A DNA stretch of 64,000 nucleotides. Source: Alphaproteobacteria bacterium. Its GTDB lineage: Bacteria > Pseudomonadota > Alphaproteobacteria > JAJTHO01 > CANGYM01. The DNA is taken from contig JBILTX010000001.1 in NCBI GenBank assembly GCA_044371315.1, positions 1,907-65,906 on the forward strand, given 5' to 3'. Positions 50,414-59,505 of the stretch are shown one piece after another. Made by a program: the position numbers and the translations under genes. Position 1 is the first letter of the stretch. Each line of letters starts with the position of its first letter. The notes beneath the pieces were generated by a model. It did not search any database. It saw only the letters and a program-made list of their open reading frames with translations, and was not told the origin of the DNA.

Positions 50414-51832
50414 ATGCGCTATATAAGCACGCGGGGGCTTGCCCCTAGGCTGTCTTTCTCGGATGTTGTGTTTGCGGGTCTTGCCGAGGATGGTGGTCTG
50501 TATGTTCCTGAGGAATACCCCGTTTTTTCGATGCAGGAATGGGCCCGTTTGCGGGGAAAGTCCTACGCAGAGGTGGCGTTTTCCATTATGCGGCCGTATA
50601 TGCATGAAACTTTTGATGATCCTACCTTGCGGGCGATGATTGATCGTGCTTATGGGGGGTTTTCTCAACCGGATAATATCGCTCCTCTTATTCAGGTGGG
50701 GCCAGAAGACTGGATTCTGGAGCTGTTCCATGGCCCAACCCTTGCGTTCAAAGATTATGCCATGCAGATGTTGGCCCAGACTTTTCAGGGGCTTTTACAA
50801 CAAAAAAAACGTGCCCTGACCATCGTGGGGGCCACATCGGGGGATACAGGGTCTGCTGCGCTGCATGCGTGTCGGGATATTCAAGGGGCCCAAGTTTTTA
50901 TTTTGCATCCCCATGGACGTGTGTCAGAGGTTCAGCGCAAACAAATGACAACCGTCATCGCGCCCCATATTCATAACATTGCTTTGCAGGGCACGTTTGA
51001 TGATTGCCAGGCCATGGTTAAACGCCTTTTTCAGGATATAGAAGCGAGGAATGTGTGGGGATTGACCGCGGTCAACTCTATTAACTGGGCCCGTATTTTG
51101 CCCCAAGTTGTTTATTACGCATATGCCGCTTTGGCTTTGGGGGCGCCTGAACGTACGGTGTCTTTCACCGTGCCCACAGGAAATTTTGGTAATATGTTTG
51201 CGTGTTTTGTGGCCCAAAAAATGGGTCTTCCTTTGGGGCGATGTGTTGTGGCCAGCAACAGAAACAATATTTTGACCCGTTTTTTCCAAACCGGCGTGAT
51301 GGAGGCAAGGCCTGTGGAAGCCTCTGTCAGCCCCAGTATGGATATTCAGGTTTCCAGTAATTTTGAGAGGATGTTGTTTGAAGTTCAATCTAGAAACGCA
51401 ACGATGGTTAAAAATCAAATGGATAGTTTTAAAAAAACAGGGGAATTTTCAGTTGATTCGGGGACCATAGAGGGATTAAGAGAAAAATTCGATGCTTTTG
51501 ATGCGATGGATGATCAAACATCCGAAATGATTTCGGTCATGGAACAAAAAACGGGATATCTGTGTGATCCCCATACATCCGTAGGTTGCTATGCAGCACG
51601 TCAATGGCGTCAATCAGGAGGCTTGGGGGTGATGGTGGCTTTGGCTTGTGCTCATCCGTCAAAGTTTGGCCCGGTCGTTCAAGGTGCTACGGGCAGGCCG
51701 GTCAGTATCCCAGAGCGATTAAAGAAAACGCTTCAGGCCCCCGAAAAGGTTAACGTTTTGGCGAACAATTTTGAGATGGTTCGGGATTTTATCGATTCAG
51801 CCCGTCGTTCGCCATCGGCGTCTCTATCTTAG
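50414..51832 (+). CDS. thrC: threonine synthase
   Basis: MRYISTRG start, PLP-lysine context PTLAFKDYAM. Length is 472 aa. Confidence 0.9.
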   Translation: MRYISTRGLAPRLSFSDVVFAGLAEDGGLYVPEEYPVFSMQEWARLRGKSYAEVAFSIMRPYMHETFDDPTLRAMIDRAYGGFSQPDNIAPLIQVGPEDWILELFHGPTLAFKDYAMQMLAQTFQGLLQQKKRALTIVGATSGDTGSAALHACRDIQGAQVFILHPHGRVSEVQRKQMTTVIAPHIHNIALQGTFDDCQAMVKRLFQDIEARNVWGLTAVNSINWARILPQVVYYAYAALALGAPERTVSFTVPTGNFGNMFACFVAQKMGLPLGRCVVASNRNNILTRFFQTGVMEARPVEASVSPSMDIQVSSNFERMLFEVQSRNATMVKNQMDSFKKTGEFSVDSGTIEGLREKFDAFDAMDDQTSEMISVMEQKTGYLCDPHTSVGCYAARQWRQSGGLGVMVALACAHPSKFGPVVQGATGRPVSIPERLKKTLQAPEKVNVLANNFEMVRDFIDSARRSPSASLS

Positions 51833-51958
51833 GGTGTGGATTGCAGATTTCGCAGGAAGCGGACGAAATTTTCTTTTGGGGCTATTGCCAAGCGTTGGCG
51901 AATGGTCTAATGCTATTTTTCTTTCATCATCATGGTTTTTTTTGGAGACGAAACTTTC

Positions 51959-52381
51959 ATGTCTACGCAACAGACGCTTTCTATCATTAAGCCTGACGCC
52001 ACCCGTCGCAATTTAACAGGGGAAATTAATGCCCGCATTGAAAAGTCGGGGTTGCGTATTGTGGCCCAAAAACGGACACTTTTGAGTCGCGCTCAGGTAG
52101 AGCGTTTTTATGCCGCCCACAAAGATCGTTCTTTTTTTCCAGAATTGTGTGCTTTTATGACCTCGGGTCCTGTGGTGATTCAAGTGCTGGAGGGCGTAGA
52201 AGCCGTTAAAAAATACAGGGCCCTGATGGGTGCCACAAACCCCAGTCAGGCAGATCCAGACACGCTAAGACGGGATTTTGCCGAATCGATTGAGGCAAAC
52301 TCTGTCCATGGCAGCGATTCAGAAGACTCTGCTGAGGAAGAAATTGCCTTTTTCTTTGCGAAAATGGACATTGTTGGCTAA
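51959..52381 (+). CDS. ndk: nucleoside diphosphate kinase
   Basis: [13 protein letters not shown] and the active-site NSVHGSDS. Confidence 0.95.
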   Translation: MSTQQTLSIIKPDATRRNLTGEINARIEKSGLRIVAQKRTLLSRAQVERFYAAHKDRSFFPELCAFMTSGPVVIQVLEGVEAVKKYRALMGATNPSQADPDTLRRDFAESIEANSVHGSDSEDSAEEEIAFFFAKMDIVG

Positions 52382-52435
52382 CCTTTCTTTGGGGGACGAT
52401 GACGTTTCCTTGCCGCTGCCCTCTCACCTTCAGCT

Positions 52436-53536
52436 TTGGAAGGGACTATGACCCTTTACGTGCGCCTGTTTTTTAAGCGTCTGGTGTGGGTCTTTTTTGG
52501 GGTTTTTTTTGCCCTTTTGGGGCTGGCTTGGATGGGTAGGATTGTCCAGTATATGGACGTTTTGCAACAGGTCTCCCTCCCTCTTTCTGCCTTTTTTTCG
52601 TGGGTGGCTTTGCTGCTGCCCTATGTGATTTATATGATCTTGCCGTTGGTGGCGGTGGTGACCACATTTTTGGTTTATCATTATTGTCATCAGCATCATG
52701 TTCTGACGGTGTTATCCAGTGCGGGTCTTTCGGTGGGCCGCCGTATGCGCCCCGCTTGGTATTTTGGGGCGATGTGTGGTGGGATGGCCTTGATTGTTTC
52801 TTGTTTTCTTTTACCCCCCAGCTATCATAGTTTTAAGATGAAGCAAAATGCTTTTCGTCAACAACAGACTGTCAATTTGATTCAGCCCCAACAGTTTTTC
52901 ACATGGGACAAAAAAACATTTTATATCAAAAAGGTGGCAGAGGACGGTGGCCTACAAGATATTTTAATTTGGACAGATGAAGAGGGGACCCAGTCGTTTC
53001 TTTATGCCAAAGCCGGTCGCTTGGTCCAAGAAGACGAGGGGTCTTTTCTGGTATTAAAACAAGGATATCAAAATATTGTGGATGATCGAGATCGGCTTTC
53101 TCGGCTGGATTTTGATCACTATCAACTGCGCTTGGATCCACAGACGGCTGAGGTTTATCAAAGGCGGAATCTTTTGGAGTTTTCCCCCATGGATCTTTTG
53201 ACATCGGATCATGTTCCCACTACCCAAAAAACCAAACGTTGGGTGGCGGGACATATGCGGTTGCTTTACCCCTTGTTGGCGGTTTTGTTTGCGGTTTATC
53301 CTGCGCTGATTTTTTCAACACTGTCATTTTCCCGAACATCGGGGGTAATGCGACCTTTTTTGCGGATTGTTCCTGTAACGCTTGGGTTTTTTGGTGTGTT
53401 TTTGTTCCTCAGCCAGAGCGCGGAATCCTTTCCCATTCTGGTGTATGCCTTGTATGGAATGGTGGCTTTCGCCTTTGTGAGGTTGGCATTTCCCACGTTA
53501 AAAATTTCCGGCATCGTTCGGGGGGGGCGGCCATGA
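52436..53536 (+). CDS. lptF: LPS export ABC permease LptF
   Basis: LptF/LptG (YjgP/YjgQ) family architecture with six TM helices and a periplasmic beta-jellyroll. First of a tandem pair upstream of lptD. Confidence 0.8.
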   Translation: MEGTMTLYVRLFFKRLVWVFFGVFFALLGLAWMGRIVQYMDVLQQVSLPLSAFFSWVALLLPYVIYMILPLVAVVTTFLVYHYCHQHHVLTVLSSAGLSVGRRMRPAWYFGAMCGGMALIVSCFLLPPSYHSFKMKQNAFRQQQTVNLIQPQQFFTWDKKTFYIKKVAEDGGLQDILIWTDEEGTQSFLYAKAGRLVQEDEGSFLVLKQGYQNIVDDRDRLSRLDFDHYQLRLDPQTAEVYQRRNLLEFSPMDLLTSDHVPTTQKTKRWVAGHMRLLYPLLAVLFAVYPALIFSTLSFSRTSGVMRPFLRIVPVTLGFFGVFLFLSQSAESFPILVYALYGMVAFAFVRLAFPTLKISGIVRGGRP

Positions 53537-54603
53537 TTTTGGATAATTATTTGTGGTTTCGTTTGTGGCAACGATGGCTTTTGCTGCTGGGGGTGATGGT
53601 TATTATTTTGTATTCCATTGATTTTTTGGCGCAAATTCGGGAATACGATCACTGGCCCGTGTTGGATGTGGCCAAAATGGTTGTGTATCGGTTGCCGATG
53701 CTTTTGGATACAGCCTTGCCTTATCTTGGTTTTTTGACTGTTTTTTTTACATTTTCTAGCCTTCAAAATGCCAATGTTTTTGATGTAATGCGCTCGTCAG
53801 GATATTCTTGGCGTCGTATTATGGCGGTTTCCGCTTTGTTTGCTTGTGTTTTGGGGCTTTTTCATATCATTGTGTTTGAAAATATGCGTCTGCGGGCCCA
53901 TGAGGTTTATCAGGATTTGTTGTCCGATCATGGAGATGCCCCAGAACATCCTTTTAAGGGGCAGGATATTTGGTTAACCTCTTCTTTTCCCTCAGAAACG
54001 ATTGTTTTGCAGGCCAAAGCCTTTCGAGACGGTGCTTTTCAGAATGTTTCTCTTGTTGTTCTGGGGCCAGACAATGCCTTAAAAAACCAGATCCGCGCTG
54101 AAAAAGCAGAAATTAGGGATGGTGTGCTTGTTGTGGAAAAGGGAGACTCTTGGGCTTCTGGAACCAAAGAACCTCTTGGGCCCCAAGGGGTGCGCTTGCC
54201 TTGGGGGGGGCAATCTAGGGAAGACCTTTTAAGGCCCAGCCCACCAGAAAAGACATTTGTATCCGTAATGCGTGATTTTTTTCAGAATGGGGATAATCTT
54301 TCAAGGATCCATCCAGAGGAAACACGGGTGTTTTGGCAGGGAGCAGCTCGTCCATTGTATTATAGCGCGTTGGCGGTTTTGGCCACAGTGGCGCTGCTTA
54401 GCAGTCATCACCGCACGCGTTCTTTTGTGCCTTTTGGGGTTAGCGCGGTGTTGATGTTCGTTTTTCATATGGCCACGAACGTGACCGTGCATTGGGCCAA
54501 TCAGGGATTGCTGCCGTTTTGGTATGCCTTTTTATGGGCGTCAGTTCTCTTGCTTTTCGGATCTTTTTTGGTTTTAATGCGTCGCACATATGGCGCGGTA
54601 TGA
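53533..54603 (+). CDS. lptG: LPS export ABC permease LptG
   Basis: Second YjgP/YjgQ-family permease. Its start overlaps the lptF stop (ATGA). Confidence 0.8.
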   Translation: MILDNYLWFRLWQRWLLLLGVMVIILYSIDFLAQIREYDHWPVLDVAKMVVYRLPMLLDTALPYLGFLTVFFTFSSLQNANVFDVMRSSGYSWRRIMAVSALFACVLGLFHIIVFENMRLRAHEVYQDLLSDHGDAPEHPFKGQDIWLTSSFPSETIVLQAKAFRDGAFQNVSLVVLGPDNALKNQIRAEKAEIRDGVLVVEKGDSWASGTKEPLGPQGVRLPWGGQSREDLLRPSPPEKTFVSVMRDFFQNGDNLSRIHPEETRVFWQGAARPLYYSALAVLATVALLSSHHRTRSFVPFGVSAVLMFVFHMATNVTVHWANQGLLPFWYAFLWASVLLLFGSFLVLMRRTYGAV

Positions 54604-56725
54604 CTTTTTTTTGGCGATGGTTTTTATCTGGCTGCTGCTGGTTCCAGCAGCGGCGGAATCCATAACGGTGAAAGATGTCGCCGTGAAAGCCGATGTCCTA
54701 ACCCTCAATTATGAGGGGCGAACCATCCAAGGTGAGGGGAATGTTGTCTTAGAAAGTCAAGATCATCGCCTAACGTCGGACACCTTGACCTATAATGAAA
54801 AGACTGGCGAAATCACCGCCGCAGGCCATGTTGTTTTGTTGGATAAAAAAGAACAAACAACCCTGAAAACGGATCATGTTGTTTTGGATGGTGATTTTCG
54901 CTCTGTTACGCTTGAAAAGATGCGTTTGCTGTTTCAGAATAAAGGCACGCTCACGGCTTCTTCAGGACAGCGGCGTTTGGGGAAAGAGCACGATTTAAAA
55001 GACGCGCATTTTACGCCCTGCAAAGTCTGTGAAGGCGAGTCCCCCCTGTGGTCGGTGGCAGCGGATGAGGTCAAGCATGATACAGACTCCAAGGTGATTC
55101 GTTACTATAATGCGTATTTTCAAATCTTTGATGTGCCTGTGTTTTACTTGCCGTATTTTGAACAGGACGATCCTACGGTCAAGCGTTCCAGTGGCTTTTT
55201 GCGGGGATCCGTGGAGCAGCGATCAGAAGAGGGGATTTTGATTCGCGCCCCATATTATTACACCATGTCCCCCCATCAGGATGTCACCGTCACGCCCATC
55301 TGGACCCAAAATGGGGGGGAGGTTTTGGGGATGGAGCATCGGTATCTAGGGGAAACCTTTGGGATTACATCCACGGGGTCCATCGGTAGTGTCAATCGTG
55401 TGGAAAATACCCAGTTGCAGGATGATAAAAATGCGGCTGGTCATTTGGATTCTGCGTTGGATTGGCAACCTGCGCCTTTTTGGCAGGTGGATGGGGATTT
55501 GGAACGTGCCAGCCGGAAAGGGTATCTGCGTCAGTTTGATTTTGATCAGCGGGACATTCTTTCCAGTGGGGCGCGGACCCTTTATCATCGTGGCCCAACA
55601 ACCTTTGTGACGGATGCCCGCACGTACCAAGATTTGCGCCCTGCTGAGGACAGCGATACCGTGCCATGGGTTTTGCCGGATACCAGCCTGTCTCATTTTT
55701 GGGAATCCCCATCGTGGGCGAAGGGATCCCTAAGCAGCGGCGTTTCGGGGCGTGTTCTTGAGCGGGATCAAGGCAACGATAATCAGCGGGCCAGTGTTTT
55801 TAACGCTTGGCAACGGCAGTTTTTTGCATCTGATGGCAGTGTTTTTGAAACATCGGCGCTGCTGCGCCAAGATATTTATCATCGGGATGTTTTTTCAAAA
55901 GCGCAGGATGCCGTGGTGGAATCCGATACCAAGGCCCGTTTTTTTCCGGCCCTTCAGGCAGGGTATAAAAAACCGTTTTACAAAGCCACGGAATCGGGGT
56001 TTCACCAGTTATCTCCTGTGGCGCAGGTGGTGGTGATCCCCACCAATGTCAACAGCGATACCATCCAAAACGAAGATTCTCAGGTTTTTGAGTTGGATGC
56101 GGACAATCTGTTTTCTGTGAACCGCCCCACAGGGTATGATATCACCAGCGAAGGCAGCCGCGCCGATTATGGGGGATCCTATGCGTATCAGGGGGAGACG
56201 TATCTGGCGGACCTCTTTTTGGGCCAAAGTTTCCAGTTCGATCAGCCCACCACAGAGGCATTGCTGGCCGGTGGGGAAGGGGAGGATTTTTCCGATCCCG
56301 TGGCGCGGTGGCAGTTGGCATTTCCGGGCTTGCTGTCCTTTGATCACAGCATGCGTTTGCATGAAAGTGATGGTCGCATTGCCCGCAGTCTGGCCAACCT
56401 TAGTACGGAATTTGGTGGCTTTACCACGAGCTTTACCCATTTCCTGCTGGATCGGGGTCAGGATTATCAGGAAACATCGGAAAAACGGGATGAACTTTCT
56501 GCAACCTTGGGCATTCCCCTGAATGAATCATGGATGTGGAGCAACACCGCCATTCGGGATTTGCAAAACGACGAAAACCGTTTGGCCCAAACGCAGTTAA
56601 CTTACACCATGGATTGCGCCCGCTTTTCGTTGGAGTATCGCAAAGATTACACCAGCGACCCCAATGCCACGGCCGGAAATTCCGTGATGTTTCGTATTGA
56701 TTTGATTGGGGCAGGATCCCCATAA
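54590..56725 (+). CDS. lptD: LPS-assembly outer membrane protein LptD
   Basis: Signal peptide, N-terminal OstA/LptA-like domain (YEGRTIQGEGNVVLESQDHRLTSDTLTYNEKTGEI), and a large beta-barrel. Length is 711 aa. Confidence 0.85.
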   Translation: MARYDFFLAMVFIWLLLVPAAAESITVKDVAVKADVLTLNYEGRTIQGEGNVVLESQDHRLTSDTLTYNEKTGEITAAGHVVLLDKKEQTTLKTDHVVLDGDFRSVTLEKMRLLFQNKGTLTASSGQRRLGKEHDLKDAHFTPCKVCEGESPLWSVAADEVKHDTDSKVIRYYNAYFQIFDVPVFYLPYFEQDDPTVKRSSGFLRGSVEQRSEEGILIRAPYYYTMSPHQDVTVTPIWTQNGGEVLGMEHRYLGETFGITSTGSIGSVNRVENTQLQDDKNAAGHLDSALDWQPAPFWQVDGDLERASRKGYLRQFDFDQRDILSSGARTLYHRGPTTFVTDARTYQDLRPAEDSDTVPWVLPDTSLSHFWESPSWAKGSLSSGVSGRVLERDQGNDNQRASVFNAWQRQFFASDGSVFETSALLRQDIYHRDVFSKAQDAVVESDTKARFFPALQAGYKKPFYKATESGFHQLSPVAQVVVIPTNVNSDTIQNEDSQVFELDADNLFSVNRPTGYDITSEGSRADYGGSYAYQGETYLADLFLGQSFQFDQPTTEALLAGGEGEDFSDPVARWQLAFPGLLSFDHSMRLHESDGRIARSLANLSTEFGGFTTSFTHFLLDRGQDYQETSEKRDELSATLGIPLNESWMWSNTAIRDLQNDENRLAQTQLTYTMDCARFSLEYRKDYTSDPNATAGNSVMFRIDLIGAGSP

Positions 56726-56735
56726 GGACGCATAG

Positions 56736-56758
56736 CCCCCGCGGTTTAAGGGCGGGGG
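56736..56758. terminator. GC hairpin between convergent lptD and the T4SS-like operon (possible bidirectional terminator)
   Basis: CCCCCGC-ggtttaagg-GCGGGGG. The loop contains the stop codon of the minus-strand gene. No clear U-tract on either side. Confidence 0.3.
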
Positions 56759-58296
56759 GATTGTGGAGTCCCCTCTTTGGGGCATGCGGATTCCAGCTCT
56801 TTTTGTTTTTCCCCAATGCGTGTGCTGATGGCACAGGTGATGTTCAGGATTCTGGGATTCCATTGATAATCGGGGTTTTGGGTGTAATAGGTCAAAAATT
56901 GCTGGGCCTTGGCGGCGTAGGCTTTGGCAAAGTTAATTTCCCCTGTCAGCACCCGTAGGGTTTCTCTGGGTTCGTTGGCAGCCAAGGGCAGATAAGCCGC
57001 CGCTTTTTTTTGCAGGTTGGCCTTCCTCTGGGCCAAAGACAGGGGTTTAGGGGACAGACCATCCAGACCCGACTGGTCCACGGTCATGAAAAATATGCTC
57101 ATATCCTCACGCTCGGCCTCAGCCTTGGCCACAGAGGGGGGGACCATGCGGTCATAATCGGCTTTCATGGTTTTCAGGTTTTTGGTGGATTCCTCAACCG
57201 ATCGACGCTGGTTTTGCAAAGCCGACATGAAAATAGTATTGTTTTTTAGGGACGGATCCTTGGCCAAAGCCTCTTCTGCGCGTTCCAGAGACTGTTGCTG
57301 GCGGCGAAGCGCAAAATCCTGACGTTGCATGGTTTCCTCAAACGCCATCCAGTTGAGGGTTGTGGGGTCATACAGTTGGCTGTGCTGTTTTAGGACGTTT
57401 TTCGCCAAGGCCGCGCGGTTTTCCCGCAGCAACCATGCGGGATTCTGGATGCCCGTCTGGCAGGCCAACAGTTGAAACAGGCCGCTGTTGTCAACGGGCA
57501 GGGGACGGTTCATCAAGGCTTTCACCCCGCGGGAAAATTGTTCCGAAAACACAGACCCCGTATCCGGCGTTTTGTTGGGAAAACAGGCGGGAACCTGACT
57601 TTGCATGGCGCCCAGGGTCAATCCGGCATCACTCAGCTGGGTCAGGGTTTCTGTGACGCCAGAGGCCGTCATGTCCATCAACGCGGTCAGCGAGGCCCCC
57701 ATCTGGGCACGCATCAATCCGGCCTGTTCCGCATCACGCTGGCGCATCAGCAAATCATCAAACAGTTTGGGATCCACACCAATGCCGCCCCCCCCATCAA
57801 CAGGGGAGATTTTCAGCGGCCCCAGAACGCTGGGATTGTCCTGCAAAATCTTTTGCATGGCAGAGGCCGAGGAGAGGGGCTGGCTATCGTCTATCGATAA
57901 CGGAATGCCAAAAATTTCACGCGGGGGCATGGGGGTTTGCTGTTTGCAACCCCGAATTTGGCGGTCGTAACGGTTTAGGTCCTGAAAAAATTTTTCGTAC
58001 GCCTGATCGGGTTTCAGGAAATAGGGTTGCAGGGCCTGAAACACAACGGCGTGTTGTTCGTTCAGGGCGATGATGGCCTCTTCATGGCGGATGGCGGCCT
58101 CGAACGTGGCTTGAAAGGTTTGGGGCACGCTATTCCCGCGAATCAGGGTTTCTGTGCTTTGCCACTGGGTGGCGGCGCTGCTGAGCTGACGCGCCTGCGC
58201 TTGGCTTTGCAAACATAGCAGGGTGGGGGTGTCAGGGGGCGCGGCCCCCGCCGAAGTTGCCGTCAAAGTGAACAAAAACAGGGTTAAAAATCGCAT
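56746..58296 (-). CDS. secreted protein (516 aa), last gene of the VirB3/VirB4-like operon
   Basis: Signal peptide MRFLTLFLFTLTATSAGA. No TM helix, Gln/Leu/Ala-rich. No recognisable family. Confidence 0.6.
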   Translation of the reverse strand: MRFLTLFLFTLTATSAGAAPPDTPTLLCLQSQAQARQLSSAATQWQSTETLIRGNSVPQTFQATFEAAIRHEEAIIALNEQHAVVFQALQPYFLKPDQAYEKFFQDLNRYDRQIRGCKQQTPMPPREIFGIPLSIDDSQPLSSASAMQKILQDNPSVLGPLKISPVDGGGGIGVDPKLFDDLLMRQRDAEQAGLMRAQMGASLTALMDMTASGVTETLTQLSDAGLTLGAMQSQVPACFPNKTPDTGSVFSEQFSRGVKALMNRPLPVDNSGLFQLLACQTGIQNPAWLLRENRAALAKNVLKQHSQLYDPTTLNWMAFEETMQRQDFALRRQQQSLERAEEALAKDPSLKNNTIFMSALQNQRRSVEESTKNLKTMKADYDRMVPPSVAKAEAEREDMSIFFMTVDQSGLDGLSPKPLSLAQRKANLQKKAAAYLPLAANEPRETLRVLTGEINFAKAYAAKAQQFLTYYTQNPDYQWNPRILNITCAISTRIGEKQKELESACPKEGTPQSPRP

Positions 58297-58311
58297 GCCT
58301 TAGCGCATTGA

Positions 58312-59505
58312 TTATTTTTGACATTCTTGGGGGACGAAGTAGGTCGGATTATGGCAAACGCTGTTTAGGGATTCGCTCAACAGTTTCATGCTTTGCAGGT
58401 GGGCTTTGTATTGCTCCAGCAGGCTGCGATCGGCCTCCAGATTTTGGATTAGGGCCAGACTGCGGTTAATGCACCCAGAAATTGGCATTTCTATTTCTTT
58501 CAGGCGCAGGGAAAAGTTACCCAATCCCCCCAGATTGACCCCAAGACCTTCCGCTAGGTTGGCTAATCCTTTGATCGTATCCAAAAATTTCTGGGTTGTG
58601 TTTTTATTAAACACCGAATAATCCTCCACACAGGGTTCGTACAGGGTTTTGGGGATGTAATTAAAAAAGACTTCCCGCATGCGGGCATGCACGCGCAGCA
58701 GATCCGAATAGGCATTCATGCTATAGGCCGCGTGGGCCAACGTGGCACTTTTGCACGTATCGATAAAGCATTGTTTTTGTGCGGTAAACACCGTGTTATT
58801 GCGACAGTCTTTCTTCAAATCCATCATCTGTGCCAGATTGTTTTGGGCACAATTCATGATGTATTGGGTTTTTTGGGCGGGGGTGATTTGTTTTTGTTGG
58901 ATGGCCAGTTCCGCCAAACTTTCGCAGCGCAAACACCCGAAATCTGTGGGGGCGCCCCCTGTTTGGGTGGATGCCTCAATCAGGGCTTTGATTTTTTTAT
59001 CGGGCATGCCGATGGCGTTTTTGATACCGCTGAGCAAATAATACTGCTCGCCCCGTTGTTGCAACAGGTAATCCAGTTGGGCAGAGGTATCCTTAAACTC
59101 CTTCACCCGCAGGGTTTCATAAAACTGCCGACTGCCCGGCAGCATGGTCAGGTCCGTCACACAAAACCCCGTTCCGCACCAGAGGGCATTGCAGGGGATA
59201 TACATGTGACAGAGATTGGTCCCAGGGAAGGGGGGCGTTTGTTTACAGACGCACGGTCTGGTGGACGACAGAGGGTAACAAATCCCATCCACACACGGCT
59301 CCAACGGACTCACCGGCACAATGGGCGGCGGCGGGACAGAGGGCACATATGCGGGCGGCCCCTTTAACCCCAACAAACTGGTGGCCGCTCCAGCCGCTCC
59401 GGCGACCTTAGAGGCCCCCGATGCCACCGCCGTCGGATCAACGGCCCCCGCCCCCGCCGATATCCCCAGCATCAGCAAAAACAGGATCAGATGGCGCATG
59501 ATCAA
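58312..59505 (-). CDS. Cys-rich secreted protein (397 aa, 18 Cys) with an N-terminal Pro-rich linker
   Basis: Signal peptide, PPAYVPSVPPPPIVPVSPLEP linker, then clustered cysteines (CVDGICYPL, PCVCK, LCHMYIPCNALWCGTGFC). Confidence 0.6.
   Translation of the reverse strand: MIMRHLILFLLMLGISAGAGAVDPTAVASGASKVAGAAGAATSLLGLKGPPAYVPSVPPPPIVPVSPLEPCVDGICYPLSSTRPCVCKQTPPFPGTNLCHMYIPCNALWCGTGFCVTDLTMLPGSRQFYETLRVKEFKDTSAQLDYLLQQRGEQYYLLSGIKNAIGMPDKKIKALIEASTQTGGAPTDFGCLRCESLAELAIQQKQITPAQKTQYIMNCAQNNLAQMMDLKKDCRNNTVFTAQKQCFIDTCKSATLAHAAYSMNAYSDLLRVHARMREVFFNYIPKTLYEPCVEDYSVFNKNTTQKFLDTIKGLANLAEGLGVNLGGLGNFSLRLKEIEMPISGCINRSLALIQNLEADRSLLEQYKAHLQSMKLLSESLNSVCHNPTYFVPQECQK

Noticed and set aside
58687-59367. 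226-aa plus-strand ORF inside the Cys-rich secreted protein gene
   Set aside because: It is antisense and low-complexity. The minus-strand frame has a signal peptide and operon coupling.
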